NCBI GenBank assembly: GCA_041916635.1
Contig: JAYRZE010000001.1
Location: 2,860,949-2,924,948 of the forward strand
DNA length: 64,000 nt
Source: Sphingomonadaceae bacterium
Lineage (GTDB): Bacteria > Pseudomonadota > Alphaproteobacteria > Sphingomonadales > Sphingomonadaceae
Direction of reading: 5' to 3'
Shown: positions 58,659 through 64,000 of the stretch, in pieces
How the letters are laid out: each line of letters starts with the position of its first letter
Position numbering within the stretch: position 1 is the first letter of the stretch
Notes under the pieces: model-generated
The model's database searches: none
What the model was told of the DNA's origin: nothing
Seen by the model: the letters and a program-made list of their open reading frames with translations, nothing else
Position numbers and translations under genes: made by a program

Positions 58659-60053
58659 TCAGTAGCGATAATGTTCGGGCTTGAACGGCCCCTGTTCCGG
58701 CACGCCGATATAGCTTGCCTGCTTGGACGAGAGCTTGGTCAGCTTCACGCCGAGCTTTTCGAGATGCAGCGCGGCCACCTTTTCGTCGAGGTGCTTCGGC
58801 AGAACATAGACCTTGTTCTCATATTCGCTGGACTTCGTGAACAACTCGATCTGCGCCAGCACCTGATTGGTGAAGCTCGACGACATGACAAAGCTCGGGT
58901 GCCCTGTCGCACAACCCAGATTGACGAGACGCCCCTTGGCCAAGACGATGATGCGTTTGCCATCGGGAAACTCGACGACGTCCGTGCCCGGCTTGATCTC
59001 GTCCCATTTATAGTTGGAGAGCGCCGAGATCTGAATCTCGCTGTCGAAATGGCCAATGTTGCAGACAATCGCCATGTTCTTCATCGCCTTCATGTGATCG
59101 GCGGTGATGACATCTTCATTGCCGGTGGCCGTCACGAAAATGTCGGCACGGGTCACGGCTTCTTCCATCGTCACGACTTCATAGCCTTCCATCGCGGCCT
59201 GGAGCGCGCAGATCGGATCGATCTCGGTCACCATGACGCGCGCGCCGCCCTGGCGGAGCGATGCAGCCGAGCCCTTGCCGACATCGCCGAACCCGGCAAC
59301 GCAGGCGACCTTGCCGGCAAGCATCACATCGGTCGCGCGGCGGATCGCATCCACGAGCGATTCCTTGCAGCCGTACAGGTTATCGAACTTCGACTTGGTC
59401 ACGCTGTCATTCACGTTGATCGCGGGGAAAGGAAGTTTCCCGTCGCGCGCGATCTGGTAAAGGCGATGGACGCCCGTCGTCGTCTCTTCGGAAACGCCTT
59501 TGACCGCGTTGACCGAGCGCGAGAGGTAGCCGGGCTTCGCCTTGATGAACGCCTTCAGCGCGCGCTGGAATTCGACTTCTTCCTCGTTGCCGGGCTCGGG
59601 TAGCATGTCGCCGGCTTCGACCCGCGCCCCCCAGAGCGCGAACATTGTTGCGTCACCACCATCATCGAGGATCATGTTGGCGGTATGATCGTCGCCCCAA
59701 TCGAAGATGTGGCCGACATAGTCCCAGTAATCGGCCAGGCTTTCGCCCTTGATCGCGAAAACCGGAATGCCCCGGGCCGCGATCGCGGCGGCAGCATGAT
59801 CCTGGGTCGAGAATATGTTGCAAGTTGCCCAGCGCACTTCGGCGCCCAGATCGACAAGCGTCTCGATGAGCACTGCCGTCTGGATGGTCATATGAAGCGA
59901 GCCCGTGATCCGCGCACCACGAAGCGGCTTGCTCGCGCCGAATTCCTGCCTGAGCGCCATCAGGCCCGGCATTTCAGTTTCGGCAATGTCGATTTCCTTG
60001 CGTCCGAAATCGGCAAGGGCAATGTCAGAAATCACATAATCATTCGCGGCCAC
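58659..60053 (-). CDS. ahcY: S-adenosylhomocysteine hydrolase
   Basis: [53 protein letters not shown]. Confidence 0.99.
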   Translation of the reverse strand: MAANDYVISDIALADFGRKEIDIAETEMPGLMALRQEFGASKPLRGARITGSLHMTIQTAVLIETLVDLGAEVRWATCNIFSTQDHAAAAIAARGIPVFAIKGESLADYWDYVGHIFDWGDDHTANMILDDGGDATMFALWGARVEAGDMLPEPGNEEEVEFQRALKAFIKAKPGYLSRSVNAVKGVSEETTTGVHRLYQIARDGKLPFPAINVNDSVTKSKFDNLYGCKESLVDAIRRATDVMLAGKVACVAGFGDVGKGSAASLRQGGARVMVTEIDPICALQAAMEGYEVVTMEEAVTRADIFVTATGNEDVITADHMKAMKNMAIVCNIGHFDSEIQISALSNYKWDEIKPGTDVVEFPDGKRIIVLAKGRLVNLGCATGHPSFVMSSSFTNQVLAQIELFTKSSEYENKVYVLPKHLDEKVAALHLEKLGVKLTKLSSKQASYIGVPEQGPFKPEHYRY

Positions 60054-60115
60054 AACGGGTCTCCGGCTAGGGGTGAGATGGCCCGCCCCCTAACCTCGCC
60101 GTTACGCAAATGCAA

Positions 60116-60135
60116 ATATAAAGATTTCTTTATAT
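60116..60135. promoter_or_regulatory. SahR-type operator upstream of ahcY
   Basis: Perfect palindrome ATATAAAG-ATTT-CTTTATAT in a GC-rich background, about 60 bp upstream of ahcY. Confidence 0.75.
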
Positions 60136-60136
60136 G

Positions 60137-60616
60137 CTATTTGCGAGTGGCGATAACCATCGTGCAGCGACGGTCGGTCAGGACCGGTTCGACATTGGCC
60201 GCCGTCGCAAGGCGGGCCAATCCCACAAGAGATCCGGCCTCCGACTTCGCAGCGGAAAGGATCGACGCCATGTCGACACAACTCAGCCCTTCGGCGCCCG
60301 CTCCATAGCGGTTGGCAATCGATGTCACATAACGATCATAGCCATTCAGCCCGCCCTGATCGGCAAACTGGCGCCGCAATGTATCGTTGACCTGCGTCAG
60401 CGCGACGCGGCTTGAGCGAATGAATGCGTTGTAGGCTGGAAGAATGGTCGGATCCGAGGATCTACAGCGCAGCGCGGAAACCATCAACATCGTTTCCATG
60501 TCCCGAATTTTCGCGGCATTGATCGCGTGCTCGCCCCAACATGCCGCCTGAGCGGACGTGACCGGCAAAGCGGCAAGGACGGCCGCAGCTAAAGTGGATT
60601 TGAAGATTTTCCCCAT
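60137..60616 (-). CDS. Secreted hypothetical protein (four Cys)
   Basis: Signal peptide ending AQA-A, then LMVSALRCR, GLSC and RC motifs. Confidence 0.8.
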   Translation of the reverse strand: MGKIFKSTLAAAVLAALPVTSAQAACWGEHAINAAKIRDMETMLMVSALRCRSSDPTILPAYNAFIRSSRVALTQVNDTLRRQFADQGGLNGYDRYVTSIANRYGAGAEGLSCVDMASILSAAKSEAGSLVGLARLATAANVEPVLTDRRCTMVIATRK

Positions 60617-60757
60617 GACATTCCCCCTGGCGCGATCGATGGGGGAAACGTCTCATGCGGGATTGATCAGATCGTTAAGGACAATGGTTAACGCGTCCGT
60701 ATTGCACCAAATTCCCCGGCAGTACGTCAATCATGACGCACTGCCGGTTCCGGAACA

Positions 60758-61312
60758 TCAATAATAGGAGCCGCGCAGGCCTGAAAGGCGGACATCCTGA
60801 ATGCTGCCAAATCGAGACAGGCAGGAAAATTTGCCCTTGTCATAGTCCCGTCCATAACGGTCATAGCGATATCCGTAGCGGTCCCACCCGTCATAACCGC
60901 GGGTCCAATGGCCGCGACCGGCCACGACCAGGCGCCCCCGCACTTCATATCCGCCGCGAATCCGGTTTATCGAGGTCACGTCGGTGATACGAGCCCTGCC
61001 GAAGCGGCTCGCGTCCCGCTCCGCCGCGCGGACACACTGCTCGACAGCAACGCGGCTGCCATAACCGTTCCGATAATAGCCATAGTCATATCCGCCCCGA
61101 TCATATCTGCGGTCATACCCGCGATCGCCGTGGGACGCCGCAGAAGCAACAGCCGCAATCCCGCCGATGATCAGGGCGCCCGCGATCACATCTCCGGCAT
61201 CGATCCCGTCATGGCCCCGATGGCGTCCATTATCGGCCATTGCAGGCGCGGCCGCCGCGATTGTCGTCGCAGCCGCCGCTGCAATCAGCGAAACACTGGA
61301 AACCATCTTCAT
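60758..61312 (-). CDS. Secreted Gly/Arg/Tyr-rich hypothetical protein
   Basis: GGAGG RBS, signal peptide ending AMA-D, glycine-zipper-like segment, C-terminal Cys-pair domain. Confidence 0.8.
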   Translation of the reverse strand: MKMVSSVSLIAAAAATTIAAAAPAMADNGRHRGHDGIDAGDVIAGALIIGGIAAVASAASHGDRGYDRRYDRGGYDYGYYRNGYGSRVAVEQCVRAAERDASRFGRARITDVTSINRIRGGYEVRGRLVVAGRGHWTRGYDGWDRYGYRYDRYGRDYDKGKFSCLSRFGSIQDVRLSGLRGSYY

Positions 61313-61573
61313 ATCAACCTCCATCGGCGCCCTACCAATTACTCCAGGCGCTTGGAGGGGTGTCGCATAGCCAGCATGACCGGATACTGAATTCCATTGT
61401 AGGCTGCGGTTCAGCCAAAGAGTCGCTTGGCCCTTGAAATTCAGCGAATCCGCTGTTAGTGGCGCCCGACGAACGGCGTGATACGTATCACGACGATCCC
61501 TTTGTTTTTGCCATTTGAACCGAACGTGCGTTTTGTCACGTTCCTGCTGAATTGACCGGAGTGTGACGACTTT

Positions 61574-61780
61574 ATGCAAATTATGGTTCGCGACAACAAT
61601 GTCGATCAGGCGCTGCGCGCGCTCAAAAAGAAGCTGCAGCGCGAAGGCGTGTATCGCGAAATGAAGCTGCGTCGTCATTACGAAAAGCCGTCGGAAAAGC
61701 GCGCCCGCGAAAAGGCCGCCGCGATCCGTCGTGCTCGCAAGATGGACCGCAAGCGCGCCGAGCGCGACGGCGTCCGCTAA
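61574..61780 (+). CDS. rpsU: 30S ribosomal protein S21
   Basis: [21 protein letters not shown]...YEKPSEKR. Confidence 0.99.
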   Translation: MQIMVRDNNVDQALRALKKKLQREGVYREMKLRRHYEKPSEKRAREKAAAIRRARKMDRKRAERDGVR

Positions 61781-61851
61781 GAAGTTTCCGGCTGACGCGG
61801 CGCGGCTGCGCCGCTAGGGTCGCCCGACCAATGCAGGCACCAGGGGGCTCC

Positions 61852-62427
61852 ATGTCCGTTACGACCGTTCCGATTCCGCCCGTCGAAAAGGGCTCGCTCG
61901 CGAAACTCTGGGGCGGCGTCGCACTGGCCGTCCTGATTGCTGGCGGTGCGGCTTGGTGGGGAACGGAAAAGGCGGTTGCCGGCGCATGCAGTGCAAAGGC
62001 ATTTGCGCCTGAGGGCGAAATCGAAAAAACGGCGTCGGGGCTCCAGTTCCAGACGGTAAAGCCGGGTGCCGGCGCCAAGCCGACCGATACAGACGTTGTT
62101 CTGGTCAGCTACAAGGGCACGCTTGCGAGCGGGAAGGAGTTCGATGCCAACCCACGAGCGGCTTTTCCGGTTCAGGGACTCGTACCCGGCTTTTCCGAAG
62201 CGCTGAAACTGATGCAGCGCGGCGGCAGCTACAAGCTCTGTATTCCGCCCGCACTTGGCTATGGCACGCAGGCGAACGAGCGGATCCCCGCAAATTCGAC
62301 GCTGTTGTTCGATGTCGAGCTGATCGATTTCAAGAGCATGGCCGAAGTTCAGGCGCTCCAGCAGCAGATGCAGAGCCAGCAGGGCGCTCCTGGCGAGTTG
62401 CCGCCCGGCATGGTTCCCGGCCAATAA
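61852..62427 (+). CDS. FKBP-type peptidyl-prolyl isomerase
   Basis: TASGLQ, YKGTLASGKEFD, LVPGFSEAL, IPPALGYG, LLFDVEL. Confidence 0.95.
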   Translation: MSVTTVPIPPVEKGSLAKLWGGVALAVLIAGGAAWWGTEKAVAGACSAKAFAPEGEIEKTASGLQFQTVKPGAGAKPTDTDVVLVSYKGTLASGKEFDANPRAAFPVQGLVPGFSEALKLMQRGGSYKLCIPPALGYGTQANERIPANSTLLFDVELIDFKSMAEVQALQQQMQSQQGAPGELPPGMVPGQ

Positions 62428-62473
62428 GAACCGCCCCCCGCTTGCCCTGCGCTAGGGCAACCCGGTCTAAAAG

Positions 62474-63334
62474 CTACTCTGTCTGTTCAGGACGCAGGCT
62501 CGTTCCCGCCCGCCCGCCGCGCAGGGCTGTGAACCAGGTCAGCGGGTTCCACAACTGCGTCGTACCGTCGAGCGAGAAGGTAATGAATTCTGCCTTTCCG
62601 CCGATATTCTCCCAAGGCACGGGCCCGCCAAGACCGCGATCCTCGATAGAAAATCGACTGTCTGCCGAACGGTCGCGATTGTCGCCCATCAGGAAGACAT
62701 GGTTGTCGGGGATAGTGATCGCCGGGTAATCGTCGGATTCATACCTGTAGCCGAGGTCGATGGTGTTGTAGCTGCGGCCGTTGGGAAGCGTTTCCCGTAC
62801 GATTGGCATGCGGCAATACTCGTTGCCGTCCCGTGCGCGCATCTTGAGCCCCGGATACTCCGTCTCGCTGCAAGGCGCATTCTCATCGACGGGAATCAGG
62901 GCAAAGCGGACGGGATCGCGCTTCACTGGCACACCGTTCAATATTACGGTGCCGTTCCGCACTTCGAGCCGATCGCCGGGCAGGCCGATCACGCGTTTGA
63001 TATAGTCTTCCTTGACGCCCGGGGGAGCTGCAATGACGACATCGCCACGCTCAGGCATCTTGCCCCAGATCCGACCCTTCATGAATGGCAGCAGGTGGAA
63101 GGTCGGGGAAACGAACGACCAGCCATATGGATATTTGGTCACGACCAAACGGTCACCCACCAACAATCCGGGCATCATCGATTCCGAGGGGATATAAAAG
63201 GGCTTGGCAATGAAACTGTGAAACCCGAGCACGGCAAGCAGCAACCAGAACACACCCTTGATTTCAGCCCACCAATCGACCTTGTGCTTTTGCGCTGTTG
63301 GCGCGGCTTTGTTCTCGTTCGCAGTCTCGGTCAT
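62474..63334 (-). CDS. lepB: Signal peptidase I
   Basis: IPSESMMP (Ser), YIKRVIGLPGD (Lys), MGDNRDRSADSR. Confidence 0.97.
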   Translation of the reverse strand: MTETANENKAAPTAQKHKVDWWAEIKGVFWLLLAVLGFHSFIAKPFYIPSESMMPGLLVGDRLVVTKYPYGWSFVSPTFHLLPFMKGRIWGKMPERGDVVIAAPPGVKEDYIKRVIGLPGDRLEVRNGTVILNGVPVKRDPVRFALIPVDENAPCSETEYPGLKMRARDGNEYCRMPIVRETLPNGRSYNTIDLGYRYESDDYPAITIPDNHVFLMGDNRDRSADSRFSIEDRGLGGPVPWENIGGKAEFITFSLDGTTQLWNPLTWFTALRGGRAGTSLRPEQTE

Positions 63335-63348
63335 GTCCGTCACAGGTA

Positions 63349-63759
63349 TCAGTCTTTCGGGTTCGGGATTGCTTCGATGATGACAAAGGCTTGCGCCCAT
63401 GGATGATCATCGGTGAGCGTGAGATGAATGCGCACCGCATGGCCCTCGGGAATCAAGGCGTCAAGTCTTGCCCTCGCCCCACCCGTCAACGCCAGGGTCG
63501 GCGCACCGGATGGCGCATTTACGACTCCGATGTCTTTCATGAAGACGCCGGCCTTGAATCCGGTACCCACGGCTTTGGAGAACGCCTCCTTGGCCGCAAA
63601 TCTCTTGGCATAGGTCCCGGCCTTAGTGAACGGGCGCCGCGCAGCTTTGGCCCGTTCGATCTCGGTGAACACGCGCAGTTCGAACCGTTCTCCGAAGCGA
63701 TCAAGCGAATTCTGGATCCGTTCGACATTGCACAGATCGGAACCTAGTCCCACAATCAT
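63349..63759 (-). CDS. acpS: Holo-ACP synthase
   Basis: [25 protein letters not shown]. Confidence 0.97.
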   Translation of the reverse strand: MIVGLGSDLCNVERIQNSLDRFGERFELRVFTEIERAKAARRPFTKAGTYAKRFAAKEAFSKAVGTGFKAGVFMKDIGVVNAPSGAPTLALTGGARARLDALIPEGHAVRIHLTLTDDHPWAQAFVIIEAIPNPKD

Positions 63760-64000
63760 CGCGCGGCATCCATCAATGAACGCATTTTCGAAACGCTCCG
63801 GTCCAAGCCGTCGAAAATTGCCTCCCCGATCAGGAAGTGCCCGATATTGAGTTCGGCGACTTGGGGGATCGCGGCGATCGGTGTCACATTGTCGAAAGTC
63901 AGGCCGTGGCCGGCGTGCGGCTCGATTCCGTTCTTGCGAGCAAGCGCGGCCGCATCGGCAATACGGCGGAGCTCATCGGCCCGCGCCGCGCCGTCGAGAT
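63756..64000 (-). CDS. pdxJ: Pyridoxine 5'-phosphate synthase (3' part, runs off right edge)
   Basis: Manual translation: [13 protein letters not shown]...[14 protein letters not shown]...MDAAR*. ATGA overlap with acpS. Confidence 0.96.
   Translation of the reverse strand, partial: LDGAARADELRRIADAAALARKNGIEPHAGHGLTFDNVTPIAAIPQVAELNIGHFLIGEAIFDGLDRSVSKMRSLMDAAR

Noticed and set aside
60054-60115. Possible SAH or SAM riboswitch in the ahcY leader
   Set aside because: Only a simple hairpin is visible. The conserved SAH/SAM-II aptamer elements are not recognisable, and the palindromic operator explains the regulation better.
60137-60616. Second SAH hydrolase, suggested by adjacency to ahcY
   Set aside because: It is a 159-aa secreted protein with none of the AhcY motifs.
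1-64000. tRNA, rRNA, tmRNA, prophage, integrase, IS transposase or defence-system genes
   Set aside because: No recognisable signature was found by eye. A tRNAscan/Infernal/DefenseFinder run would be needed to exclude them formally.

Overview
This is a GC-rich alphaproteobacterial chromosome segment, most consistent with Sphingomonadales (inferred from gene content and synteny). It has about 60 CDS. Conserved housekeeping blocks: pdhC/lpdA, fabD-fabG-acpP-fabF-mltG, rpsF-rpsR-rplI, ahcY-divL-tsaE-amgK-murU-addB-addA-trxA, pdxJ-acpS-lepB and rpsU. Accessory genes: a LacI-controlled GH144-like/ABC sugar locus with a divergent O-acetylesterase, a LytS/LytTR pair, SoxR plus a VOC protein, an M13 peptidase, a cobalamin riboswitch ahead of btuBFCD, a Zur-type TonB receptor, a Cu P1B-ATPase and a PEP-CTERM protein. 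I saw no rRNA, tRNA, CRISPR array or intact transposase. The most interesting signals are intergenic and absent from the ORF track. (1) 36571-36930: a 30-aa hydrophobic peptide whose RBS is locked in a hairpin, plus a convergent candidate antisense RNA carrying a repeat of that RBS/AUG region, i.e. a type I toxin-antitoxin-like architecture. (2) 30870-31130: a Fur-box-like core overlapping a promoter that points into an ORF-less structured region (candidate iron-regulated sRNA). (3) 10250-10630: a rearrangement scar made of REP-like repeats and two fused gene remnants. All calls come from reading the sequence by eye; no database searches were run.
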